Source: Candidatus Tayloriibacteriota bacterium (GTDB lineage: Bacteria > Patescibacteriota > Minisyncoccia > Phycocordibacterales > PALSA-1337). From it: 64,000 nt of DNA. The DNA lies in NCBI GenBank assembly GCA_003151615.1, contig PLXZ01000004.1:173285-237284 (forward strand), given 5' to 3'. Each line of letters starts with the position of its first letter. The stretch's first letter is position 1. The notes under the pieces are model-generated. The model was not told the origin of the DNA and ran no database searches. It worked only from the letters and a program-made list of their open reading frames with translations. The translations under genes were made by a program, and so were the position numbers. Below are positions 38,616 to 47,289 of the stretch, in pieces.

Positions 38616-39614
38616 ATGAAAATCCTAATTACGTTCGCACTTGGAATCTTTAGCTTTTTCCATCAATCAATAACTCCTACCATTGCCATCTCAACAACCA
38701 CAGAGACGGCGACAACCTCTGTCTTTTCATCAGAAGCTACCACATCAGTGGCAGATTCTAATACTCAAAATGTAAACATATGCGAGAAAGAATATGGCAC
38801 GAATAGTTTAAACTCCGGTGGTGCTCCTGCCTGTGAATGCGCGCATGGATACGCCTGGAATAATGAATATACCAAATGCGTGACGCCAACGGTTGCTTGT
38901 TCAGAAATTAATGCCAATTGGGATGGTAAAATTACCAACAGTGAAGCTGAGTGCAATAGCTGCATGCCTGGATACGTTCCCAATAGTGCCGGGACAGCTT
39001 GCCAAATATCTAACGTATCAAATCCCCCAGAGACTACAACTAATTTAGAACAAGACTGTTTGAATAATGTCATGCAAAACGAGGCGCAAATGCTCCAAAA
39101 ATCTAACGCAGCACAAAAAACGTCAATACTATCAATAAATGACCAGCTCCAATTAAATAACGAGGCCATGTATGAGGAAAATCAGATTATGGCCATAGGA
39201 ATCAACGCATGCAAAGCTATGGCCGGGCAACCGACAACACCAATTCAATCTACTCCTGATCAACAGTACAGCGAGACAAACTCCTCTTACCAGCCAACCA
39301 TTCAAGACACAACAGGTCAAAATAACACTAACATTTATGGGGTGATCTACGCCCTCGACGGATCAACCGTTTCTGGAAATAGTGGAAATTATTCTCGAGT
39401 GGGCGACACGATTTATACCCCCGGGGGTGCAACTTACAGTGTTGTTGGTGACACCATATACGGACCGGGTGGGGTGACCTACAGTTTGGTCGGTAACACA
39501 CTTTATGGTCCCGGCGGTACGACCTACAACCTCACCGGCAATAAGATACAAAGTAGTGACGGTTCATCTGCCTCAAAGGTCGGCGACACCATCTACATCC
39601 AGCCGGGCAATTAA
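38616..39614 (+). CDS. Secreted Cys-rich protein with C-terminal 15-aa repeats
   Basis: Cys-rich EGF-like segment; (YSxVGDTIYGPGGxT)n. Confidence 0.7.
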   Translation: MKILITFALGIFSFFHQSITPTIAISTTTETATTSVFSSEATTSVADSNTQNVNICEKEYGTNSLNSGGAPACECAHGYAWNNEYTKCVTPTVACSEINANWDGKITNSEAECNSCMPGYVPNSAGTACQISNVSNPPETTTNLEQDCLNNVMQNEAQMLQKSNAAQKTSILSINDQLQLNNEAMYEENQIMAIGINACKAMAGQPTTPIQSTPDQQYSETNSSYQPTIQDTTGQNNTNIYGVIYALDGSTVSGNSGNYSRVGDTIYTPGGATYSVVGDTIYGPGGVTYSLVGNTLYGPGGTTYNLTGNKIQSSDGSSASKVGDTIYIQPGN

Positions 39615-39710
39615 ACATATGATCATACTTCTAATCGTACTCCTGATAATTATTGGAATCGCTTGGTATATTCATGTGTTTGTGGACAAGTATAACGAAC
39701 GAGATAGACT

Positions 39711-40439
39711 ATGAAAAACAAGAAAAAAATAATCATATACGGAATCCTACTGGTCATCGCTATCCTAGCCGTCATTGTTCTCAAGTTCTCAGTGCAGGTA
39801 TATGAGCAAGAACAGATTAATACTGCAACCCCCGGCACAGACGATGATATAGATATGTCATGGCTCTATGGCACAGCCACCTCGACCATCCCCGGCATGG
39901 ATGATAGCGACAGTTATGTACTGCTCCAAAGTGACAGCGCCGTCCCTACCTACAAGGATTTCTTAAATAATGATCTTCAAAAAGTATGTCCTTTTTACAA
40001 GCCAGATGGTATTACCTATCGAGACTGTCTTGGTAATCTCTTGGCAGATAGAGAAAAAGCAGTGGAGCAAATGTATAGCGACCTTGTACGTGATACGCAA
40101 ATTGTTAGCAATGAAGCTATGGCGGAGGGACCGATAGGTGGAGGTCTTGTCGCTCGAACAAACGAATACTTTCTCACAAATCTAGCCATGCTCGAAAAAA
40201 CATGGAAACCGTACCGGGATGCACTCTGTAGTGCTGAACTTTCTGATACCTACAGTGGTAGTAATCAGTACGGCTATTTAACAACCTGCCAAATCTACGA
40301 GACTACTGCATACGAAACACGACTTATTGGATTTCGATATGAATATGTTGGTCAAGCTGTAGAGTGGCGCATACAGCAAAATGTTACTCCTAAACTTGAA
40401 ACGTTTAAAGAGTTGATGAGCAGGGAATCTAATCTATAG
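39711..40439 (+). CDS. Membrane-anchored protein with LprI-like domain
   Basis: TM helix; TWKPYRDALC. Confidence 0.55.
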   Translation: MKNKKKIIIYGILLVIAILAVIVLKFSVQVYEQEQINTATPGTDDDIDMSWLYGTATSTIPGMDDSDSYVLLQSDSAVPTYKDFLNNDLQKVCPFYKPDGITYRDCLGNLLADREKAVEQMYSDLVRDTQIVSNEAMAEGPIGGGLVARTNEYFLTNLAMLEKTWKPYRDALCSAELSDTYSGSNQYGYLTTCQIYETTAYETRLIGFRYEYVGQAVEWRIQQNVTPKLETFKELMSRESNL

Positions 40440-40534
40440 AAAGCTGTGGGGCTTTGTGTCGATATGGGTGAAAACATTAAACTGTAGCAGCTTAACTTGA
40501 AAAAGAAATATTCTCGGAGCATACTTGTCGTAAC

Positions 40535-41422
40535 ATGAGTGAAAAGAGTGATTCTACAAAAAATACAAGAGTCGTTTCTAAAATATATCAAGAAAACCTA
40601 GGACTCATGATAGCAGTGAGTGACTGGCTTTTTAGACATCACAGAAAAATAGTGACTGATTTCGATGAGAAATATAAGCTTTTTAATTCTGCTGAAATCC
40701 AAAAAGAAAAACCGTTCAAATGGACTCTCGATGAAGATCTGATGTTAGATTCAGGATTTTTAGACAAATATGATGAGGGTACACGATGGAACATGAATTA
40801 TATAAGAGAAAGAATGGCTAAAGATTTCAAAGATAGCATTCTCTCTAAAATAAAACTACCTCTCCATTTTCATTCACATCTTTGGAATCTAATAGCTTAC
40901 GGAGATGTAGGTGCACCAGGAGTTAATTTCTCTATTACTTTCCAGCAAATAGATCCAAAGTCCGATATCCGAAAGGCCACAGTTGGTGGTATGCAGTACG
41001 CCAGTCTTAATGTCTACAAGCCTCTTTCTACAGCAGAAAAGGTATTAGCCGATAAATTACTAAATGGACTCAACTCTATCGCACTTCATAAATCGGTAAG
41101 TGAAAAAAACAATTTTAATAATGTCGTCCTGACCCTCAAGATATTAGACGATACGATAAATCAGGGCCGATCAAAAAGAACGAAGAAATACACTGGCTAC
41201 TTAGCAGCTCTTGCTAAGGCTGTTGATAGAGGCGATCACCCTATTAAGGCACTTAGAAAATTGGAAAAACAACACCCAGATGATGTTGTCATCGAGAAAG
41301 GGACACAGATTACGAGTGACAAGATTTCCAAAAAATTGAGAGTTAGTAGTGGTGAAAATGTAAGGACTATTATCAAAAGACATAAGAAAAAAATGAACTC
41401 ATATTTCGAGAAATTGTTGTGA
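40535..41422 (+). CDS. Hypothetical protein, possible C-terminal HTH
   Basis: 295-aa ORF; TSDKISKKL...ENVRTIIKR. Confidence 0.55.
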   Translation: MSEKSDSTKNTRVVSKIYQENLGLMIAVSDWLFRHHRKIVTDFDEKYKLFNSAEIQKEKPFKWTLDEDLMLDSGFLDKYDEGTRWNMNYIRERMAKDFKDSILSKIKLPLHFHSHLWNLIAYGDVGAPGVNFSITFQQIDPKSDIRKATVGGMQYASLNVYKPLSTAEKVLADKLLNGLNSIALHKSVSEKNNFNNVVLTLKILDDTINQGRSKRTKKYTGYLAALAKAVDRGDHPIKALRKLEKQHPDDVVIEKGTQITSDKISKKLRVSSGENVRTIIKRHKKKMNSYFEKLL

Positions 41423-41550
41423 CAATTTTCTAGTATAAAACTGTCACGGTAAAAATAAATGTGATGATATCTTGCTGCTAGAGCCTTTATTGGCTCAGAG
41501 TGGCGCTACTAAAACACTAGCCCCTGGCATCACTCCCAGGGGCTTTTGTT

Positions 41551-41718
41551 ATGCATTTAAAAGAGAAAGCAACCCAAAAACTAATGGAAATCATCAGCAA
41601 AGATTATGGTGTTTCCCTTACTCATCAGGAAGCTGAAGAGTTTGGCCTTTCTTTAATACGCATTACAAAAATTGGACAGAATGTTTTTAATCGCAAAGAG
41701 CAAATACCAGCAGACTAG
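41551..41718 (+). CDS. 55-aa protein (not in the ORF track)
   Basis: MHLKEKATQKLMEIISKDYGVSLTHQEAEEFGLSLIRITKIG. Confidence 0.6.
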   Translation: MHLKEKATQKLMEIISKDYGVSLTHQEAEEFGLSLIRITKIGQNVFNRKEQIPAD

Positions 41719-42056
41719 ATCTGCCTCTTCAAGCCCTGGGCGAACCTATGTGGGGCTTGTAAAAATAAAACAGACATAGGACTTGATGGATTCCGTGATC
41801 TCGCGGTACAGAGATGGCTTATACGTTCAACGGAAAACCAGCAAGACCTCTGATTACGTTTCGCTAAAAGCATCTGATCGTAATCATGTTCGCTCTCGGT
41901 GGAACCATAGCCGAGTAGACAGCGGATGCGAAGTGCTCTCCGGGCTAAAGCGGATAAAAGAGCATAGCGATATCTCCTTTGTTGGGGGTAGGGGGGCTTT
42001 TGGACACTCTGGGCTTTCCGTTCAACAGATTAATCATTAAACTCGGTTTTATTCAA

Positions 42057-42668
42057 ATGAAAAAATCTTTACCAGAAAATAAGATCGGACAATATACACC
42101 CGAGGATGCTCGCAAGCTCGTCGAGTTTATCTTTCTTGAGAATAGTGATCCGCAGAACATTTACAGTGAGCTTGCTGAAAAAGTAATGCCAAAGTTTATG
42201 AAAGGAACCGATGAGGAGAAAGAGTGGGCGAGACGTCAACTTCTTGGAAGATCCAGTGAAGCTGTTATGACTGTTGGTCTTATAAATCACTATCAGATCA
42301 TTTATACAGCAGAGAAACAGTATGCATCGTTAATTCTGGAGATAACACGAAAAATCGAAAAGGAACATGAATGCACAACAGCAGTCGAGAAGATTTTGGC
42401 TGAGCAAATAGCTATGGCTCACATAAAAATCATTGATTATTCTCGGAGATTTGAAGAATGGTGTAGTAGTCCTCAATCAAGTAAGGTAGAGATAACAAAA
42501 TTTCTAGAGATGCTCGGCCGGCAAATAGACAAAGCAAATCGGCAATTGCATACAGCCATAATCGTATTGAGACAGATCAAGCAGCCGGCGCTATCTGTGA
42601 ATATCAATACAAAGAATATCTTTACTGCACAAAACCAACAAATCAATGATAACTCGCAAAAAACATGA
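42057..42668 (+). CDS. Hypothetical protein of the integrated element
   Basis: EKILAEQIA...LRQIKQPALSVNI; coupled to the downstream zinc-finger gene. Confidence 0.6.
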   Translation: MKKSLPENKIGQYTPEDARKLVEFIFLENSDPQNIYSELAEKVMPKFMKGTDEEKEWARRQLLGRSSEAVMTVGLINHYQIIYTAEKQYASLILEITRKIEKEHECTTAVEKILAEQIAMAHIKIIDYSRRFEEWCSSPQSSKVEITKFLEMLGRQIDKANRQLHTAIIVLRQIKQPALSVNINTKNIFTAQNQQINDNSQKT

Positions 42669-42997
42669 AATCATATAATCCGAATGATTCAGGAAAAAAG
42701 TTTCTGGTTGATGAATGTCAAAAAATAAGTATAACAACCTATATTCGACAAGCTAAAGCAAAGCTCAAGAATGCACTACTCATGAGCACACTTGAGATGG
42801 ATAGCAAGGCCATAGAATTGACCCCCTCAAAGACCTCATTCCATGGCGAAAGATATTGGTTCAAATGCCCTAAATGCAGTAAGCGCGCCGGCACATTATT
42901 CGTACATCCACTGAATCATGAAATTGGATGTAGAAAATGCCTTAACCTTGAGTACAGAAGCAGAAGATATAAAGGCATGATTGAGGAGTCATTTTAA
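42665..42997 (+). CDS. Zinc-finger protein, homologous to 20725-21249
   Basis: WFKCPKCSKRAGTLF...CRKCLNLEYRS. Confidence 0.65.
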   Translation: MKSYNPNDSGKKFLVDECQKISITTYIRQAKAKLKNALLMSTLEMDSKAIELTPSKTSFHGERYWFKCPKCSKRAGTLFVHPLNHEIGCRKCLNLEYRSRRYKGMIEESF

Positions 42998-43058
42998 GCC
43001 CGTAGACTTATCTTGTATTAGCGGTATTGTATGTGTTAAGACAACTAACAAAAATAAA

Positions 43059-44759
43059 ATGAAAAACGAAGCGCAAATAATAAATTACGATGTGTATCTC
43101 CGTAAATCGAGTGAGGCGGAAGATAAACAGATTCAGTCCATCGATGACCAGAGGCGAGAACTGAATGAATATGCAAATAAGAATAATCTTCACATAGTAG
43201 GTGAGTTTGAGGAATCGCAGAGTGCACATCATCCAGGGCGGCCGATTTTTAACAAAGTCATGAAAAGGATCGAGAAGGGAATATCGACTGGATTACTAGT
43301 TTGGCACGCCAACAGAACCTCGAGAAATCCAGTTGATAGTGGAACAATAATAAACCTTATCGATGAAAAGAAACTGATACATGTTAGGACGCCGTCACAT
43401 ATTTACGGTAATACTTCCACGGAGAAAATGATGCTTGCACTTGAGTGTATGATGGCTAAAAAAGATTCGGACGATAAAAGCGAAGCGGTAAAGAGAGGTC
43501 TACGCGGCAGATATAGAAAGGGACTTCCAAATGGCGTGGCACCTATCGGATTCCTAAATGATATGTCAGTTGAAAAAGGTAATCGGGGATGGCTTGTGGA
43601 CGCCGAAAAGCTCCCTCTTATTGGCCAACTTCTTCAGCTCTGTCTTACCGGAAGATATTCAACCAGAGATCTCCTAAATATCGCAAATGAGGATATGGGA
43701 CTCCGCACCCAACTCCGCAAAAAACAGGGAGGTAAAAAACTTGTGCTCTCATATCTGACAGATGTCATCCTTAAGGGAGAGGTATACGCCGGATTTTTCT
43801 ACACCGCTGATGGTGAGAGACATGATTTGGCTGAAAGCATCCCAAGACTAATTACAGAAGAACAACACTGGCAAATTAGAAAGATATTAGGTGATAGAAA
43901 CAGGCCTCGAGCGTCAAAAAATAAAATGACCTTCGCGTATACGGGACCGACAAAGTGTGGAGGGTGCGAGGGATCAATCACTGCTGAACACAAGTACCAG
44001 CTTATTTGCGCCTGTAAATTAAAGTTTGTTTATCTTAATAAGACACATTGTCCGGGGTGCGGAGTTTCAATAAAAAACATAGAAAAGCCCACCTATCTTC
44101 ATTACATTTATTACCACTGCACTAGGAAGAAAGATTTACTTTGCCGTGAGGGTAGTGTGCAGGAATTATACATAGATAATCATCTAGCAACATACTTCAA
44201 AGAAAATTTCAAAATCTCGAAAGCGCTCCATGAATGGTGTATCGAAAATATCGAAGCCCTTGATGCTGGCGATGCTAAAAACGGATCCGAAAAGAAAATA
44301 TCTTTGGAAGCGACCATCGCTAAAAAGCAAAATGAATACAAAGAGCTTGTTCTCATGAAGACCCGCGGACTTATCAGTGATAGCGATTTTGTAGAGCTTA
44401 AGACGAGCCAAAAAGCCGAAATTGAGGCCTTACAGCGGACTTTGAGCAATACGCCAAATAAGGACCAAACATCAAGCGTTAAAGCGCGTAGAGCCTTTAC
44501 GCTCGCATTAGGAATTGAAGAAGTATTCAAGAACGGAACACCTCAAGAGAAAAAAGAGGTGTTATCAGAGATTGGTTCGAACCTAACTTTAAAAGACAAA
44601 AAGCTCAATGTTTACAACACAGGAATCTATGAACGGATCATAAACGGACTACTTAGGGCGAAAGCAGAAAATCCTCGGTTCGAACCTGAATATATCTTAG
44701 ATACATCAAGTCAGAATAAAGATTTTATGCTCGCACGACCAACTCTGCTCCGGGAGTAG
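43059..44759 (+). CDS. Large serine recombinase LSR2
   Basis: YLRKSS catalytic Ser; NRTSRN; zinc ribbon with Cys-rich insert; final LRE* codons lie antisense within the tRNA-Asn acceptor stem. Confidence 0.95.
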   Translation: MKNEAQIINYDVYLRKSSEAEDKQIQSIDDQRRELNEYANKNNLHIVGEFEESQSAHHPGRPIFNKVMKRIEKGISTGLLVWHANRTSRNPVDSGTIINLIDEKKLIHVRTPSHIYGNTSTEKMMLALECMMAKKDSDDKSEAVKRGLRGRYRKGLPNGVAPIGFLNDMSVEKGNRGWLVDAEKLPLIGQLLQLCLTGRYSTRDLLNIANEDMGLRTQLRKKQGGKKLVLSYLTDVILKGEVYAGFFYTADGERHDLAESIPRLITEEQHWQIRKILGDRNRPRASKNKMTFAYTGPTKCGGCEGSITAEHKYQLICACKLKFVYLNKTHCPGCGVSIKNIEKPTYLHYIYYHCTRKKDLLCREGSVQELYIDNHLATYFKENFKISKALHEWCIENIEALDAGDAKNGSEKKISLEATIAKKQNEYKELVLMKTRGLISDSDFVELKTSQKAEIEALQRTLSNTPNKDQTSSVKARRAFTLALGIEEVFKNGTPQEKKEVLSEIGSNLTLKDKKLNVYNTGIYERIINGLLRAKAENPRFEPEYILDTSSQNKDFMLARPTLLRE

Positions 44760-45091
44760 GGATCGAACCTACGACCAATCGCTTACATCGCTCCTCTTGT
44801 TGCCAAAAGGGATGGACTATATCATTTCCATACATTGTCAATCTGATTTGACGAATGATTAGGGACGAGGGGCTTCGCGGGCTGTTTTGAAATTTTTGTA
44901 TTTCATAACGCCAGCTACTCTTTAAAAAGATAGTCTCTACACCTTCCCATTTTTTGAATGGGCTCGGCTCGGGATTGCCCGCAGTTTTGTGCTGCGGGTT
45001 TCCCCGATTTCTCCTCGTTATTCGACCAGGCTTTTACCTGGAAGCTGCAAGTTGTTTACAGGCGACTGCTCTACCGCTGAGCTATCCCGGA
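44748..45091 (-). tRNA. tRNA-Asn(GTT) interrupted by a group I intron (exons 45091-45058 and 44785-44748)
   Basis: Spliced: TCCGGGA TA GCTC AGCGGTA GAGC A GTCGC CTGT^TAA GCGAT TGGTC GTAGG TTCGATC CCTAC TCCCGGA G; complete cloverleaf, G73, CCA not encoded. Confidence 0.93.
44786..45057 (-). ncRNA. Group I self-splicing intron (272 nt, no homing endonuclease ORF)
   Basis: 5' exon ends in U, intron ends in G; P AAATCGGGGAAAC, Q GGCAATCCCGAGC, R GTAGAGACTA, S ATGATATAGTCC. Confidence 0.9.
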
Positions 45092-45255
45092 ATGTTTTTG
45101 CTGATGCTTGTGGAAAGAACGGGCGTCGAAAGATATTCGACAAAAAACGACTGCGGTCTATAGTACCCAAATTTACCCTAAAAATCAAACTTGACCCCGC
45201 CGCAAGCCTGGCGCATCCTGAAATTTTTATATATAATGTCTGTATATAATTTCAT

Positions 45256-45633
45256 ATGAACATACAAATAAAAACAAAAGGGGGGATGACGGTGACTGAC
45301 GCGATCAACGATTATGTGAACAAGCGCTGCGAGAGCCTGCAGAAATTCACGGCGAATGATCCGACTGTTTTCGTGGTTGTCGAAATCGGCCGCACAACCG
45401 AACATCACAAGCACGGCGACATATTTCGGGCTGAAATCCATATTACCGGAAAAAATGTCGGTAAAAACGGGGACGTCTATGTCAGCGCCGAGCGCGAGGA
45501 TTTGTACGCGGCCATTGACGCGGTTCGCGACGAGGCGTTGCGCGAGCTTGCATCGGCAAAGTCAAAACGCACGACTCTCGTGCGCCGCGGCGGGGCGAAG
45601 GTTAAAAACATGATCAAGGGTTTTTTTAATTAG
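45256..45633 (+). CDS. raiA: Ribosome hibernation factor (HPF/RaiA)
   Basis: MNIQIK...TDAINDYV...EDLYAAID. Confidence 0.9.
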   Translation: MNIQIKTKGGMTVTDAINDYVNKRCESLQKFTANDPTVFVVVEIGRTTEHHKHGDIFRAEIHITGKNVGKNGDVYVSAEREDLYAAIDAVRDEALRELASAKSKRTTLVRRGGAKVKNMIKGFFN

Positions 45634-45657
45634 ATTAAGAACTTTAAAAACAAGAAC

Positions 45658-45831
45658 ATGAAACAGGGGACAATCAACACATTTATACATCAAAAAGTAA
45701 ATGCGTATTTGTGTTTCGCGCTGTTGGGGCTCATGACTTTTTGGACGGTGCTTTTTTATGCGACGCACAAGGCGACGGTTTTTGCCGATAACTATAATCA
45801 GAGCGCAAACAGTTTGGATTCCGGGTATTAA
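45658..45831 (+). CDS. 57-aa single-TM protein
   Basis: MKQGTINTFIHQKVNAYLCFALLGLMTFWTVLFYA... Confidence 0.45.
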   Translation: MKQGTINTFIHQKVNAYLCFALLGLMTFWTVLFYATHKATVFADNYNQSANSLDSGY

Positions 45832-45842
45832 TTTTTGCTAGT

Positions 45843-46724
45843 TTATTGCCGAGTGGCCGGCAAATAAGGTTTCGCGTCCGTTTCGCCTTTTCCTTCGGGA
45901 ATGACTTTTTCTATGATCAGTTTGCCGCTCTCCCAGCGGGCTTCGGTTATTTTAACCCGGATTTTCGCGCCGTTTTTCTCGGCAAAAAAATATGCCGTCG
46001 GCCATTCCCGGTAGGCCTGAATTTTTCGAAAATTGAGATAAGGATCGTCGGCGAAATTTACCAGTCCGTCGTTTTTTAAAATTTTTTTGGTCAGGGTCGC
46101 CGCGGCATGGTCCTGCGGTTTTTCGACTATCCGGCCATCTATCCAACCGGGCAGAGTTTCAGCAAGAAGTTTTCCGCCTTCGCGTGCAATGGTCTCTTCG
46201 AATACTCCGTACGCCGGCCATTCGTCGACGGTTATTTCCTTTTGCACCACAATCGGGCCGTGGTCCATCAGTTCATCGATGCGCATGATGGTGACGCCGG
46301 TTTTTTTTGCGTCGTCAAGCATGGCCGACTGAAGAGGGGATGCGCCTCGATAGAGGGGAAGAAGGGACGGATGAACGTTGAGGGTTTTGTGTTTCGGAAT
46401 ATCCAAAATTGCCTGCGGAATTATTTTTCCGTATGCCGCGACGACAAAAGTTTCGATGTTTCCGCCGGCGTTTTTTGTCGCACACGTTTCCTTCAATTTT
46501 TCCGCAAAATCCGCATCGAGCTTTGCCGGATCAAGTACTGGAATGCCGCGTTTCATTCCCCAGGCTTTAACCGGCGTCGGAGTCAATACCAGCCCGCGAC
46601 CGACTGGTTTGTCGGGAGTGGTGACTATGAGCGACGGCGGCATGCCGGCTTTTTCAAGCTCGTCGAGAACATAGATTGAAAATTGCGCGCTGCCGAAAAA
46701 AGCATAATTCATTTTATTTTTCAT
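45843..46724 (-). CDS. fmt: Methionyl-tRNA formyltransferase
   Basis: FFGS, VTTPDKPVGRG, VAAYGKII, NVHPSLLPLYRGASP. Confidence 0.95.
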   Translation of the reverse strand: MKNKMNYAFFGSAQFSIYVLDELEKAGMPPSLIVTTPDKPVGRGLVLTPTPVKAWGMKRGIPVLDPAKLDADFAEKLKETCATKNAGGNIETFVVAAYGKIIPQAILDIPKHKTLNVHPSLLPLYRGASPLQSAMLDDAKKTGVTIMRIDELMDHGPIVVQKEITVDEWPAYGVFEETIAREGGKLLAETLPGWIDGRIVEKPQDHAAATLTKKILKNDGLVNFADDPYLNFRKIQAYREWPTAYFFAEKNGAKIRVKITEARWESGKLIIEKVIPEGKGETDAKPYLPATRQ

Positions 46725-47283
46725 GCGATTTTTCATTTTGATTCTCGTCTTCCGGCGGCATATCACGGACGTCATGGGCCTTGTCAATGAAGAGAATGCC
46801 GTCGAGATGGTCGGTTTCGTGCTGGAAAACCTGGGCGAGCAGGCCGCTTGCTCCGCGCAGGACGCGCTTGCCGTTTTCGTCATAGCCGCGAATGGTTGTT
46901 TTTTGCGATCGTTTTACCTTTCCGTAAAGCCATCGCACGGACAGGCAACCCTCTTCGACATCGTGTTTTTCGCGCGACAATTTTGTGATTTCAGGATTGA
47001 TGAATACGATGTCGCCTCCGGCGTATTTTTCATCCGCAGCGGAAAGCACCGCGCCCGACACTGCAAAAATACGCAACGGTTGGCCAATCTGGGGAGCCGC
47101 GATGGCCACGCCGTCGCTCTGTCCAGCCAATGCGCTTTTCATGTCCGCGATAATTTTTTTTATTTTCGGCGAAGCGATGTCGGCCACCGGCACGGTCTGG
47201 GCAAGCTCGCGCAGAACAGGGTCGCCGTTCTGGACGATAAGGACTTCGGGGGGTTTTGCTTCTTTTTTTGCAGGCATGATCAC
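46714..47283 (-). CDS. def: Peptide deformylase
   Basis: GVAIAAPQIG, EGCLS, QHETDHLDG. Confidence 0.97.
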   Translation of the reverse strand: MIMPAKKEAKPPEVLIVQNGDPVLRELAQTVPVADIASPKIKKIIADMKSALAGQSDGVAIAAPQIGQPLRIFAVSGAVLSAADEKYAGGDIVFINPEITKLSREKHDVEEGCLSVRWLYGKVKRSQKTTIRGYDENGKRVLRGASGLLAQVFQHETDHLDGILFIDKAHDVRDMPPEDENQNEKSHEK

Positions 47284-47289
47284 ACTATA

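Larger units (their letters stand above)
9135..44751. mobile_element. Tandem array of elements integrated at the tRNA-Asn 3' end (7 integrase-less cassettes + 2 serine-recombinase elements)
   Basis: GCTCC/GCTTC/GTTCG cores with conserved right arms at 9136, 13165, 14058, 14866, 16356, 17208, 18089, 19001, 28421; terminal TGCTCC at 44746 is the tRNA 3' end. Confidence 0.8.
28421..44751. mobile_element. Integrated element 2 (tRNA-proximal) carrying LSR2 and an R-M system
   Basis: Bounded by J9 and the tRNA-Asn 3' end; may itself be composite. Confidence 0.75.

Noticed and set aside
44954-45249. ORFs 44954-45163 and 44989-45249 as genes or an intron homing endonuclease
   Set aside because: They are antisense to the tRNA/intron, short, and lack nuclease motifs.
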